DNA of 64,000 bases, taken from positions 25,460-89,459 of the forward strand of contig MEZH01000001.1 in the NCBI GenBank assembly GCA_001775995.1, written 5' to 3'. Shown in pieces: positions 36,551 to 45,937 of this stretch. How positions within the stretch are numbered: the first letter of the stretch is position 1; each line of letters opens with the position of its first letter. The notes under the pieces are model-generated. The model searched no databases and was not told the DNA's origin. It saw nothing but the letters and a program-made list of their open reading frames with translations. The stretch is from Candidatus Bathyarchaeota archaeon RBG_16_48_13. Its GTDB lineage: Archaea; Thermoproteota; Bathyarchaeia; RBG-16-48-13. The position numbers and the translations under genes were made by a program.

Positions 36551-37188
36551 AAACCAATAAAAGTGGGCTCTCTAATATGCAGACCTTTAAAAAACGGAAC
36601 CTGGAAATGCTTCTAAGCACTCTAACGTCCTTCGAATGCCCAAGAATCATGCTGGAACAATATACAACACCTCCCAGAGTCGCATCTGAGATGCTCTTCC
36701 TGGCCGCTTTCATAAATGATGACATACGCGACAGGCGAGTTCTAGATTTAGGTAGCGGGAATGGATGTCTGGCAATAGGTGCAAAATTGACGGGAGCGAA
36801 GGAGGCCGTGGGGGTGGAAATTGACCCAAATATTATTAGATTAGCCATAGAAAATGCTAGAAAGATCGGCGTCAACATCGAATGGATTAATGCACCGATT
36901 GACGTTGTTCTTCCACCATTTGACACTATAATAATGAACCCCCCCTTTGGCACAAGAAGGGAACATACGGATAGAGAATTCCTTGAAAAGGCTATGGAAA
37001 TAGGTGAAGTAATCTATTCTATCCACAAGACAAGTACAAGGGACTACCTAATCAAATATATTCATTCCATGAAGAGAAGAGTGGATACGTTACTTCAAAT
37101 GAAACTAGAAATTCCTTACTTATATAAATTCCACACCAAGAGGAAGGGGTTGATTGAAGTTGATCTATTCAGAATAACGAGATCATAG
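36523..37188 (+). CDS. SAM-dependent methyltransferase, METTL5-like (COG2263 type)
   Basis: 221 aa. LEQYTTPP, LDLGSGNGCLAIGA (motif I), IMNPPFG (motif IV). The start may be an internal Met, because the 5' end overlaps dph2. Confidence 0.7.
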   Translation: MGRLHREMVKTNKSGLSNMQTFKKRNLEMLLSTLTSFECPRIMLEQYTTPPRVASEMLFLAAFINDDIRDRRVLDLGSGNGCLAIGAKLTGAKEAVGVEIDPNIIRLAIENARKIGVNIEWINAPIDVVLPPFDTIIMNPPFGTRREHTDREFLEKAMEIGEVIYSIHKTSTRDYLIKYIHSMKRRVDTLLQMKLEIPYLYKFHTKRKGLIEVDLFRITRS

Positions 37189-37310
37189 AGGAAAGGAAAG
37201 ATCGGCGTAGATAAAGGTTAAAAGAGGCGACGCACCCTAAAAGACCGCTACTAACCTGATAAGTCTCTAATGAATTCTCATGGTAATGACCCTTTGTCTG
37301 AGGCAAGAAA

Positions 37311-37922
37311 TTGGACGACAATGGCATGCGTAAAAAGAAGCAAGGCACTCATAATGATAGAGAAAATGAAAAAACTCAGATAATTATCCCAGGAGACAAA
37401 CTCGGCGTAATAGAAGAGTATGTGCCTGGTCAGGGCACATTCACGAATGATGGCAATATTATTTCCTCTGTGATAGGAAAGAAAGAGATATCTCCCAAGA
37501 CTCGAAGTATTTCCATCGGCCCAGCAAGGCCTCTAACAATGCCTACTCTTGGAAGCCTTGTTGAAGGCCAAGTTACCAGCGTTCAGGATAAGATGGCGAA
37601 TATCCGTATCCTAAAAGTTGGCGAAAAAATCCCATCAGGTTTCTTCACAGGTGTGATCCACATTTCCACAGCAAGTGACGACTACGTGAAAGTGATGCCT
37701 TTTGTGTGTAAACCAGGTGATATAGTGAGAGCGAAGGTCATAAGCGACAAGAATCGAACATATCAACTTTCCACAGCAGAGAAGAACCTGGGAGTGATAC
37801 ACGGTTTTTGTTCAAGATGTGGAGGTAGCCTATTCAAAAGAGGAAGAATCCTCCAATGTAACACCTGCCAGAATACCGAAGAAAGAAAGACCGCGAATGA
37901 CTACGGAAACGGTGCGCAGTAA
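37311..37922 (+). CDS. csl4: Exosome RNA-binding subunit Csl4
   Basis: 203 aa. IIPGDKLGVIEEYVPGQGTF N-domain, S1-like centre, C-terminal zinc ribbon CSRCGG..CNTCQN. Confidence 0.8.
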   Translation: MDDNGMRKKKQGTHNDRENEKTQIIIPGDKLGVIEEYVPGQGTFTNDGNIISSVIGKKEISPKTRSISIGPARPLTMPTLGSLVEGQVTSVQDKMANIRILKVGEKIPSGFFTGVIHISTASDDYVKVMPFVCKPGDIVRAKVISDKNRTYQLSTAEKNLGVIHGFCSRCGGSLFKRGRILQCNTCQNTEERKTANDYGNGAQ

Positions 37923-37935
37923 GTGGAGGCAGAGG

Positions 37936-38235
37936 ATGAACATAAGAATCATAAGCAAAACTAAGAACAACGTGAAGATCGAGATTGAAGGTGAAGGTCA
38001 TACCTTTTGTAATATTCTACAAAAAACTCTGCTTCTAGATCGGGACGTTGAATATGCGGGATACAATGTTCCTCATCCTCTTACAAATAACTCATTTGTA
38101 GAGTTGAAGGTCAAAGGTAGCAGGAAAGCAGAGAAAATACTGATCACTTCTGCCAAGAAGATTGGAGACGAGGCCAAGGAGTTCGAAGAGAAAATTGGAA
38201 AAGCTCTAGTTAAGTACTCGCCCAAAAACGAGTAA
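37936..38235 (+). CDS. rpoL: RNA polymerase subunit L (Rpo11)
   Basis: 99 aa from the internal ATG of track ORF 37819-38235. VKIEIEGEGHTFCNILQKTLL and YAGYNVPHPL are typical RpoL/RBP11 features. Follows csl4 by 14 nt. Confidence 0.8.
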   Translation: MNIRIISKTKNNVKIEIEGEGHTFCNILQKTLLLDRDVEYAGYNVPHPLTNNSFVELKVKGSRKAEKILITSAKKIGDEAKEFEEKIGKALVKYSPKNE

Positions 38236-38679
38236 GTGTCAATGCCCATCTTTCTGGAAGAGTACCTTCAAAAGAACTTGTTGAGATGTTCCATTCGAGA
38301 GATTCTTCTGGATAAAGAGTTAGCCCAGCTGGGCGACGCATACGTGAATTTCATTTACTCTCTCGCTCTATCTATTTCTGAAAGAAGACCGCTCGGAAAG
38401 AAGGTTTCCAGCGAGATCTTGGCAAACGCTATCAAGGAGAGCGATATCCGGCGGCTTCTACCCAGCGGATCTGATAGACATACTCAAGGAGATGCTGCTG
38501 AAGCATTAATATTATGCTCATGGATAACTGACAGGGTGACTATTGAAGAAGCTGTCAGAATCTTGAGAAAAGAAGCTGACCCGGTAAAGGCGTTCAAAGG
38601 ACTCCTACTGCAAGTAATGAAAGAGTTCTCCGAGAAAGGTTTAAAAGAAAGAGTAAGCGAACCACTTCGCGAGTTGTAG
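38236..38679 (+). CDS. Mini RNase III-domain protein (no dsRBD)
   Basis: 147 aa. KELAQLGDAYVNFIYSLAL resembles the RNase III signature E..LGDA, and GDAAEALILCSWI resembles the second catalytic block DA.EALIGA. Confidence 0.5.
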   Translation: MSMPIFLEEYLQKNLLRCSIREILLDKELAQLGDAYVNFIYSLALSISERRPLGKKVSSEILANAIKESDIRRLLPSGSDRHTQGDAAEALILCSWITDRVTIEEAVRILRKEADPVKAFKGLLLQVMKEFSEKGLKERVSEPLREL

Positions 38680-38681
38680 CA

Positions 38682-39029
38682 ATGGATTTCTGTCCTAAGT
38701 GCGGGAGCAGACTTGTTCCGACGCCGAAGTCCGGGAAGAAGAAAGCTGCAGTAATATACGCGTGCCCGAAATGTGGATATGAAAAAGGGATTAGGGGCAG
38801 AGACGCTGAAGCTCTGCCAAAAGTAATAGAACATAGACCTCAAGAGCAGATAGCGGTCATAAGCCCTCAAGAGAATCCGCAGACCATGCCAACTATAAAA
38901 ATAACGTGCCCTAAATGTCGCCATAATGAGGCTTCTTGGTGGCTTGTACAAACCCGCGGAGCTGACGAAAGCCCCACTCAATTCTATAGATGTATAAAAT
39001 GTGGCTACACTTGGAGAGAGTATAGCTAG
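38682..39029 (+). CDS. tfs: Transcription factor S (TFS)
   Basis: 115 aa. N-terminal ribbon CPKCGS..CPKCGY and C-terminal TFIIS-type ribbon CPKCRHNEASWWLVQTRGADESPTQFYRCIKCGYTW with the acidic DE loop. Confidence 0.85.
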   Translation: MDFCPKCGSRLVPTPKSGKKKAAVIYACPKCGYEKGIRGRDAEALPKVIEHRPQEQIAVISPQENPQTMPTIKITCPKCRHNEASWWLVQTRGADESPTQFYRCIKCGYTWREYS

Positions 39030-39128
39030 AGCCAAGATGCGACCGAAAGAATTTAATCCTTTTTATGCTACTCTAGTTCCAGACTCAATCTGAATTGTAG
39101 ACAAGCAGACCTTTGGAGTGGAAAAGCT

Positions 39129-39884
39129 TTGTTCAGGATAAAGATGGAAGACGCCAAACTGTGGAAGAATCTCGTCTCGGCAATATCAACTCTCATAGAC
39201 GAAGTCGGCTTCAACGCTACCCCTGATGGGATAGAATTGAGGGCTATGGATCCCAGCCACGTTGCCATGGTCGATTTCTATTGGCCTAAGATAGCCTTTG
39301 ATGAGTACGAATGTGACAGGACCACTAAAGTTGCTTTCAATGTAAAAGAGATGCTGAAATTACTCAGGAGAGTAAAAGGCGACGAAGACCTTGAGTTGAC
39401 TCTAGATGAAAAGAGTGGAAAGATAGTAATCAAAATCAAAGGAAAATACCTTCGAATTTTCAACATAGCGATACTTGACATAACTTCAGAAGAAGTTCCT
39501 ACTCCGAAAATATCATTCAATACTAAAGTCAAACTCACCACTGAAAATTTGCGAGAAGCATTTGACGATGCATCACTTGTCAGCGATAACATAAAACTGG
39601 AGAGCTCCCCTGGAAAACTGACCCTCAGGGCTTCAGGAGATACGGGTAGTGCAGTGATAGAGATGGACAAAGAAAGCGCCGCCTTGTTAGATATTGAGGT
39701 CAAAGAGAATTCCAAGTCAACATTTAGCCTGAATTATCTATTCAATATAGTAAGGGAAGCGTCAAGTATCTCGGAGATAGTCACAATGGAATTCTCTAAC
39801 AATATGCCAGTAAGATTAGATTTTGAGTTGCTTCAACAGGGAAAGCTATCCTACTATGTAGCCCCACGCATAGAGACAGAATGA
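39129..39884 (+). CDS. pcn: DNA polymerase sliding clamp PCNA
   Basis: 251 aa. AISTLIDEVGFNATPDGIELRAMDPSHVAMVDF and the two-domain length are typical of PCNA. Confidence 0.9.
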   Translation: MFRIKMEDAKLWKNLVSAISTLIDEVGFNATPDGIELRAMDPSHVAMVDFYWPKIAFDEYECDRTTKVAFNVKEMLKLLRRVKGDEDLELTLDEKSGKIVIKIKGKYLRIFNIAILDITSEEVPTPKISFNTKVKLTTENLREAFDDASLVSDNIKLESSPGKLTLRASGDTGSAVIEMDKESAALLDIEVKENSKSTFSLNYLFNIVREASSISEIVTMEFSNNMPVRLDFELLQQGKLSYYVAPRIETE

Positions 39885-39909
39885 TGCAACATTAATAATA
39901 AAGTTGAGG

Positions 39910-41244
39910 TCACTTGGTCTGTTGGAAACCCTTGAAAAAGGGCATCTTTCGCCTTTTTAGAGACTTCATCATCTTCTTCATGGCGAAGTATTGCTGAATC
40001 ATGTCTTTAACATCTTTCTCTGAGGTCCCCGATCCTCGGGAAACCCTCTTTACTCTTGGGGAGTTGAGGATCTTTGGCTCTTCTTTTTCTTCCCTGGTCA
40101 TTGATTGGATTATGAATCGCCATTTCTTGAGTCTCTCCTCTGCTACGTCCACGGCTTCATCTGGAACCTTGTACCCCAGTCCTGGAACCATCTTTAGAAT
40201 CTGTTTGAATGGCCCAACCTTCTGCATGGCTTCGAGCTGCTCATACATGTCCTCTAGGGTAAGCCTACCGCTAATGATGGCCTTAACCTTCTTCTCGGAT
40301 GTCTCAAGTTTGGCTGTCTTGACCTTCTCCACTAAGCCTTCTATGTCACCCATTCCTAAGAGTCGCCCAACGAACTGAGAGGGAACAAATGCCTCTAAAT
40401 TCTCTAACCTTTCTCCTGTGCCAATGAACTTGATCGGTGCTCCTGTTACAGCTACGGCCGAAAGAGCGCCGCCACCTCTGGCTGAACCGTCAAGCTTAGA
40501 AACTATTATCGATCCTATGGGTGTCGCTTCGTGAAAGGCTTTGGCTTGGGCCTCAGCTTGCTGGCCGATAGTACCGTCTATAACGAGAATAATCTCATCA
40601 GGCTTAACAGCTTGAGACGTCATTTTCATGTCTTCTATCAGACTCTTTTCATCCTTATGCCTGCCCATTGTATCAATGAATACTATGTCCAACCCTTCTT
40701 GTCGAAACTTTTCCAAACCCTGTTTTACTACCTTGACAGAGTCTTTCTCGGTTGAATCACCAAAGAGAGGTATGTTCACTTGGGATGCCAATTGCTTTAA
40801 TTGTTGATATGCTCCCGGCCTGAATGTGTCTGCGCAGATAAGCCCTGTTTTGAACCCTCGTTTCTGATAGTACCGAGCTAACTTCGCTGTTGTGGTGGTC
40901 TTGCCCGAGCCCTGAACCCCAACCATCATAAATATATTCGTTCTACCTTGAGTGACGTCCAGTTTGGTAGTCTTTTCACCTAGAAAGTTTGTAAGCTCGT
41001 CGTAGACGACTTTGACTACATGCTCTCGTCGCGCCACGCCTGGAGGTAAATCCTCTTTTAAGGCTTTTTCTTCTATCCTTCTTGATATCTGAAGAACCAA
41101 TTCGACTTTTACATCTGCCTGAAGCAGGGCCCTTTGAAGATCTTTGACTAGTTCTTTTACTTGAGCCTCGTCGACTATCGTGGTCCTTAGAATTTTTCTC
41201 ATGGCTTCATATAGGGATGATCCCAATCTTTCTAGAGCAGCCAA
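39910..41244 (-). CDS. srp54: Signal recognition particle protein SRP54
   Basis: 444 aa. N domain, G domain ([21 protein letters not shown]) and Met-rich M domain with GMGD. Confidence 0.95.
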   Translation of the reverse strand: MAALERLGSSLYEAMRKILRTTIVDEAQVKELVKDLQRALLQADVKVELVLQISRRIEEKALKEDLPPGVARREHVVKVVYDELTNFLGEKTTKLDVTQGRTNIFMMVGVQGSGKTTTTAKLARYYQKRGFKTGLICADTFRPGAYQQLKQLASQVNIPLFGDSTEKDSVKVVKQGLEKFRQEGLDIVFIDTMGRHKDEKSLIEDMKMTSQAVKPDEIILVIDGTIGQQAEAQAKAFHEATPIGSIIVSKLDGSARGGGALSAVAVTGAPIKFIGTGERLENLEAFVPSQFVGRLLGMGDIEGLVEKVKTAKLETSEKKVKAIISGRLTLEDMYEQLEAMQKVGPFKQILKMVPGLGYKVPDEAVDVAEERLKKWRFIIQSMTREEKEEPKILNSPRVKRVSRGSGTSEKDVKDMIQQYFAMKKMMKSLKRRKMPFFKGFQQTK

Positions 41245-41289
41245 ACTTGATCCTTCGTTCTGTAAGAATATGTAATGTTCTTAAGTGCG

Positions 41290-42024
41290 TTATGGTGGCA
41301 ATCGTTTGGGAATTGCTACTGCCTTCTTTATGACAAAATATCCTGAATCATTGTGCCACAAGGTTTCAGACTCAAGAATTTTGATCCTATCCTTGAAAAG
41401 TGGACCATCTAAGACAAAGGTTTCACCTTCCCCACCCTCAAAGCTAAGGTGTACCCCATATCTTTCTCGGATCTTCTTCAAATCTCGCAGACAATCATAA
41501 TCGATCTTTCTTCCAAGCCATTCTCTTGTCAAGCCCCTTGCCATACATGCAGTTATAATTGTATCAAAGCCCATCGATATTTCCTCCATGATGAGTTGTT
41601 CAGGATCACGTTGCCAAAGAGGGGCTATAGAAAAAAGACCTACTGTAGAACATATCTTATCTATTCTGGACTTCTGATAGTCACTCTCTATCGCCCCGCT
41701 TACAATGGAGTCTATTTTGAAGCGCCCCTTTACCTCTTCAATAGCAGCCTGTAGGTCTTTGAGTTCATTTTCTTTGTGACCTGTTGTCAATCTAGCCACT
41801 AGGGGTATTTCTAATGCCTCAGCCTGCAACTGCGTATGTTGAACGTTAGGATAGTGAAACATCCACGATTCATTATTCTCAGGAATCAAAGTGATAAGAG
41901 CCCGGATTTCATTACCATTCTCTTTGGCGAGACATAGAGCATGATTTGAATCTTTTCCTCCAGAATAGAGAACAGCGGATTTCAAGTTATAATACCCTTT
42001 ATGAGAATTGAAGAACTCAGCCAT
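41290..42024 (-). CDS. dph6: PP-loop ATPase, diphthine-ammonia ligase-like (Dph6/MJ0570 family)
   Basis: 244 aa. AVLYSGGKDSNHAL (SGGKDS PP-loop) and the size fit the MJ0570 family. 8-nt overlap with the upstream dhs. Confidence 0.7.
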   Translation of the reverse strand: MAEFFNSHKGYYNLKSAVLYSGGKDSNHALCLAKENGNEIRALITLIPENNESWMFHYPNVQHTQLQAEALEIPLVARLTTGHKENELKDLQAAIEEVKGRFKIDSIVSGAIESDYQKSRIDKICSTVGLFSIAPLWQRDPEQLIMEEISMGFDTIITACMARGLTREWLGRKIDYDCLRDLKKIRERYGVHLSFEGGEGETFVLDGPLFKDRIKILESETLWHNDSGYFVIKKAVAIPKRLPP

Positions 42025-42964
42025 TCATTAATTGGGCCAATTGTAGAGCAGAGAGAACCATCAAAGGGAAAACGAATGTTGCGTCGCCTATGACAGTCAC
42101 AAAGTTCCCTTTTCCTTTTATCTTTTTCCAAGATATCGCTTCTTCCAAGGGGGCACCGCTCAGACCGCCCCCCTCGGGTCTATCAAGAGTTATTTGAATA
42201 GCAGAGTCAACTCCATCTCTAAGGGTATTTATGTAAAGGGTATGGTGCTTTGGAAGACCTCCACCGATGATTATAACTCCCACTTTCTTAGCCGTAAATA
42301 CGATATCAGACAATTTACGAAAGTCAGCCAAGGGATCGATTTTGATCATATTCAGCTGACTGTAGGTCCATATATGAAGACCTAACATGGAATCTAGAAA
42401 ACCTGGTGCAAAGACCGAAACATTATGCTTCAGAGACTGGACTAGAATCGAATGTTGATCACTCAATCTCGAAGCCAATTCAGTAATAAGTTCAGATATG
42501 CCAATGCATTCCTTCTTCTTTTTAGGAATCAAGTTAAGTATTCGGTAAAGTTCCTTTTCTAAACCAATGAAAGCACGCTGCTCCACGAATATGTCTCCAA
42601 TCCTCCCAAGCTTCTTTTTCTTGAGCTCAACGTCGTCAGCAGAAAACGTTCCTATGTAGTGCCTATAACCCAAGGCCTCAATTATGTCGTGAACCAGATT
42701 GGCGCCAGTGCTTAATATTACGTTCACATACTCGTGTTCAACTAGATAGGATAAGACATTTCGCAAGCCACCAGGAACCATCGGACCAGCTAAAGAGAGG
42801 AAGACTGTGTAATCAGGATCGTTGAACATTTCAGCCATGATTTTGACCCCCTTAGCAAACCGTCCAGAACCCAATACGCTGCATTTTTCCATCTCTCCCA
42901 CCAATTCCCTGAGGGTCATGTCCTCTTTGAAATGGAGCTGCTCTAGCGGTTTCATGAAATACAA
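42017..42964 (-). CDS. dys: Deoxyhypusine synthase
   Basis: 315 aa. FLSLAGPMVPGGLR, STGANLVHD, IIGGGLPKHH and the WKK active-site Lys region are typical of DHS. Confidence 0.9.
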   Translation of the reverse strand: MYFMKPLEQLHFKEDMTLRELVGEMEKCSVLGSGRFAKGVKIMAEMFNDPDYTVFLSLAGPMVPGGLRNVLSYLVEHEYVNVILSTGANLVHDIIEALGYRHYIGTFSADDVELKKKKLGRIGDIFVEQRAFIGLEKELYRILNLIPKKKKECIGISELITELASRLSDQHSILVQSLKHNVSVFAPGFLDSMLGLHIWTYSQLNMIKIDPLADFRKLSDIVFTAKKVGVIIIGGGLPKHHTLYINTLRDGVDSAIQITLDRPEGGGLSGAPLEEAISWKKIKGKGNFVTVIGDATFVFPLMVLSALQLAQLMNG

Positions 42965-42992
42965 CCTAATGTGATTCGCTTGATATGCCGGA

Positions 42993-43388
42993 TCACTGGC
43001 CTTTGATTCTCACTATTTTTATCCTATCTAGGACTTTCCAATATTCAACTTCTATGCCTGAAGCAAGTTTTGTTCTTATCTCCTCTTCGGGCATCTTGGA
43101 ATCGAAGATCCCATAGTTCTCAAGGTCCATTATTTGAATCTCGTTCTCACCAATGGATATGATTTGACCCGTCCTCTTCTCAATAAGTGGAACATCAACT
43201 CTGGCGTCGACAGGGCTGACGACGCTCTTCTTGGTTCCATCAAAGACCCCTATGGCTACCACCCGAGCTTTGGCTGCACCGTGCTTTCCCGGTTTGGATT
43301 TTTCGTACTCAACGACGCGACATGGCTCACCATCTATTATTATGTAGCTACCGATCTTTACACTCCCTAGATCTACAGGTTTACTCAA
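42993..43388 (-). CDS. eif5a: Translation initiation factor 5A (aIF5A)
   Basis: 131 aa. Hypusine loop SKPGKHGAAKARV. Confidence 0.9.
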   Translation of the reverse strand: MSKPVDLGSVKIGSYIIIDGEPCRVVEYEKSKPGKHGAAKARVVAIGVFDGTKKSVVSPVDARVDVPLIEKRTGQIISIGENEIQIMDLENYGIFDSKMPEEEIRTKLASGIEVEYWKVLDRIKIVRIKGQ

Positions 43389-43480
43389 TCGCTTAGCCTC
43401 TCAAAGGGTTGTCAGTCAATCCATTTGTAAGGTTTAGTGTTTAAATGTTAGCCACGCAAATAAATTGAAGAGGTGCCGAC

Positions 43481-44326
43481 TTGTTTAGAAGCGTTGGTAT
43501 ATACGCTAGACCAGATAAGAAAGAAGCGCTTGGACTCGCCTCGGACCTTTGTAAGTATCTTGAAAATAAGGGCTTGGATGTTAAGATTTCCCCGCAGCTT
43601 GCTAGATTTATGAAAAAACCGAAGTCGGCCGTAGAATTGAAGGATTTGACATCTGACTTCATAATAGCGGTGGGTGGAGATGGCACAATTCTAAGAATAT
43701 GCATGGAAATCCCAAAATCAGATATACCATTGTTGAGCGTTAACATGGGGACAAAGGGATTCTTGACCGAAGTCACTCCGGAAGGAGCAAGAGAGGCAAT
43801 TGACAGGTGTCTGAGAGGGAGATTTAATATAGAAAAATGCGTTAAGATTTCTACCTCTATAAGAGGTAGATCTATACCAGACGCTTTGAACGATGTTTTG
43901 ATAACTGCTAGCACGCCTTCAAAAATGCTTCACATTGAGATTCTTAAAGATGGCATTAGCGCACTAAAAATTCATGCTGATGGAGTTCTTCTGGCAACTC
44001 CTGTTGGATCTACAGGCTATTCTCTATCTGCTGGAGGTTCTGCTCTAGACTCAACATTAGAGGCATTTATTTTGACTCCTTTGTTTCCACTAGAGCCCAC
44101 GAAACCAATCGTTTTTTCTGATGCCAGTACTTTTCAAATCCGGTTATTGGAGGATAAACCGAAGGCTTTGATAATAGTTGATGGAACATACCAACAGAAG
44201 ATCTCTCCTGATGACAATATTATGCTCAAGAAGTCGGATAAGATTGCGGCGTTCATTCGTTTTAAGGAGCATTTCCCTAAGAGACTGAGAAGTAGGCTCG
44301 CCTTCGCTGGGGAAGACTTTGGGTAA
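43481..44326 (+). CDS. nadK: NAD kinase
   Basis: 281 aa. GGDGTILR, NMGTKGFL, ATPVGSTGYSLSAGG. Confidence 0.88.
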   Translation: MFRSVGIYARPDKKEALGLASDLCKYLENKGLDVKISPQLARFMKKPKSAVELKDLTSDFIIAVGGDGTILRICMEIPKSDIPLLSVNMGTKGFLTEVTPEGAREAIDRCLRGRFNIEKCVKISTSIRGRSIPDALNDVLITASTPSKMLHIEILKDGISALKIHADGVLLATPVGSTGYSLSAGGSALDSTLEAFILTPLFPLEPTKPIVFSDASTFQIRLLEDKPKALIIVDGTYQQKISPDDNIMLKKSDKIAAFIRFKEHFPKRLRSRLAFAGEDFG

Positions 44327-44873
44327 TTCCCCCCACTGGCAGTTGCTAATACTGGATGCTTCGGCCTTTATAATGGGCTATGAACCATCAAATATCAAGA
44401 CAAAACAATTTTCAGTTCCAAGCGTCCTTAGAGAACTGATACCTGAAAGCACCCCGTGGATACGTTTTATGATAGCGCTAGAAGGATGCCTCTTACAGGT
44501 CCAAGCACCTACTGAGAGTTATTTAAAGGAAGTTGAAAAAGCCTCTGTAAAAGTCGGCGAAGGGAAGAAGCTCTCGGACACTGATCGTGATATCTTGGCA
44601 TTAGCTTTGGAGCTCAAAGATAGGGGTAAGGAACCGGTCATAGTCAGTGATGATTATTCCATTCAAAATATTGCTGAGAGCAAAGGAATTCGGTATATCT
44701 CTCTGTCGACATTGGGGATAAGATATCTTTTGAAACGGACTCTATACTGTCCAGCATGTTACAGACGATATCCGTCAAGCTATATCTCGGAAACTTGCAG
44801 AGTATGCGGTACCAAACTTAGGAGAAGGACCACAAGAAAGACCCTTGCAACGAGAGGGGAAAAAGGGGAGTAA
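44319..44873 (+). CDS. nob1: Nob1-like endonuclease (PIN domain plus zinc ribbon)
   Basis: 184 aa. PIN N-terminus LILDASAFI, SDTDRDILALA, VVSDDYSIQN, and ribbon CPACY..CRVCG. Confidence 0.7.
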   Translation: MGNSPHWQLLILDASAFIMGYEPSNIKTKQFSVPSVLRELIPESTPWIRFMIALEGCLLQVQAPTESYLKEVEKASVKVGEGKKLSDTDRDILALALELKDRGKEPVIVSDDYSIQNIAESKGIRYISLSTLGIRYLLKRTLYCPACYRRYPSSYISETCRVCGTKLRRRTTRKTLATRGEKGE

Positions 44874-44876
44874 AGC

Positions 44877-45575
44877 ATCAAGAGAATCCTTCTCATATCA
44901 GATATCCACGCCAATCCTGTGGCTCTAGAGGCCGTTCTAAAGGATGCTGGAAGTGTGGATATGATAATCCATGCAGGGGACATTGTTGATTACAATCCAT
45001 GGCCGATGGAAGCTCTTGACAAAATCAGAGACTTGAGCGTCATAAGCGTCAAGGGAAATCATGACAGAGATTCAGCAAGTGGAAAACCCGAGGGCTACAA
45101 TGTCTATGCTAAAGCCAGCTGTTTATGGACGCATGAACAGTTAACATATGAAGCAAGAGATTATCTGTCTAGTCTACCTGAGAAAATAAAGCTGAATATA
45201 GATGGGTTGAACTTTTTCGTATGCCATGGCAGCCCGCGCTCTCTAATTGACGAATACATATACCCACCTCCAATCACCCCCAGAAATGTACTGTTGACAT
45301 TTCTTGACGAGACAGCAAGCGACATCATAATAATGGGTCATACTCACATTCCGTTTGTTGAAACATTTGCGGGAAGACGTGTCATAAATCCAGGGGGGCT
45401 TGGGCAGCCGCGAGATAATGTTCCTTTGGCAAGCTATACTATTCTAGAGATAGAGGACGAGAAAGTGAATGTCAAGCATCGGAGAATTGTTTATGATATC
45501 GACAAAGTTGCGCGGGAAATAAGAAGGAGAGGACTTCCGACTTTCTTGGCTCAACGGCTCTTTTGTGGAGTATAG
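44877..45575 (+). CDS. YfcE/MJ0936-type metallophosphoesterase. The conserved N-terminus starts at an ATC codon (track ORF starts at GTG 44919)
   Basis: Codons 44877-44918 read (I)KRILLISDIHANPV, the family N-terminus carrying the first metal motif DxH. Then HAGDIVDY, GNHD, CHGSP, GHTH. There is no ATG/GTG/TTG between the in-frame TAA at 44871 and DIH. GGGGAG sits 6 nt upstream of the ATC. Confidence 0.65.
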   Translation: MKRILLISDIHANPVALEAVLKDAGSVDMIIHAGDIVDYNPWPMEALDKIRDLSVISVKGNHDRDSASGKPEGYNVYAKASCLWTHEQLTYEARDYLSSLPEKIKLNIDGLNFFVCHGSPRSLIDEYIYPPPITPRNVLLTFLDETASDIIIMGHTHIPFVETFAGRRVINPGGLGQPRDNVPLASYTILEIEDEKVNVKHRRIVYDIDKVAREIRRRGLPTFLAQRLFCGV

Positions 45576-45576
45576 T

Positions 45577-45844
45577 TCATTTTTTCGGTATACGCTTTAC
45601 CTCAAATACTACCCCGTTAGGATCAGGGGCAATGGGTATAGACTATGGATTTATCGCTTCCTTTTGCCCAAGGAAGATTGGCACCGCCAGTTAAGGCGGC
45701 AGCTTGCCAATACAAGTTGGTCGCTGCCTCCAAACAGGGCTTGCCATTAGTTGTTGTTCCATCGATCTCAAAATTCTCGCCAACTTTGTGACCATGCCCG
45801 CATTTGCCGACCTCTTTAACCGTTACCAATGATTTGTAGATCAT
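45577..45844 (-). CDS. TIGR04076-like small Cys-rich protein, C-terminus displaced by a 1-nt frameshift in a C4 run
   Basis: From MIYKSLVTVKEVGKCGHGHKVGENFEIDG..C..A...GGANLPW..THCP. The track ORF stops at 45623. Removing one C of CCCC (45626-45629) restores PDPNGVVFEVKRIPKK, with a stop at 45577. Confidence 0.5.
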
Positions 45845-45937
45845 ATTGCGTCGCCTGCTATGGAAGAAAAAGACGAGAAATTTAAGACTTGTCCTCGCGA
45901 ATTGAAGACAGCGGTAGCTCATTGATAATGAGCAAAT

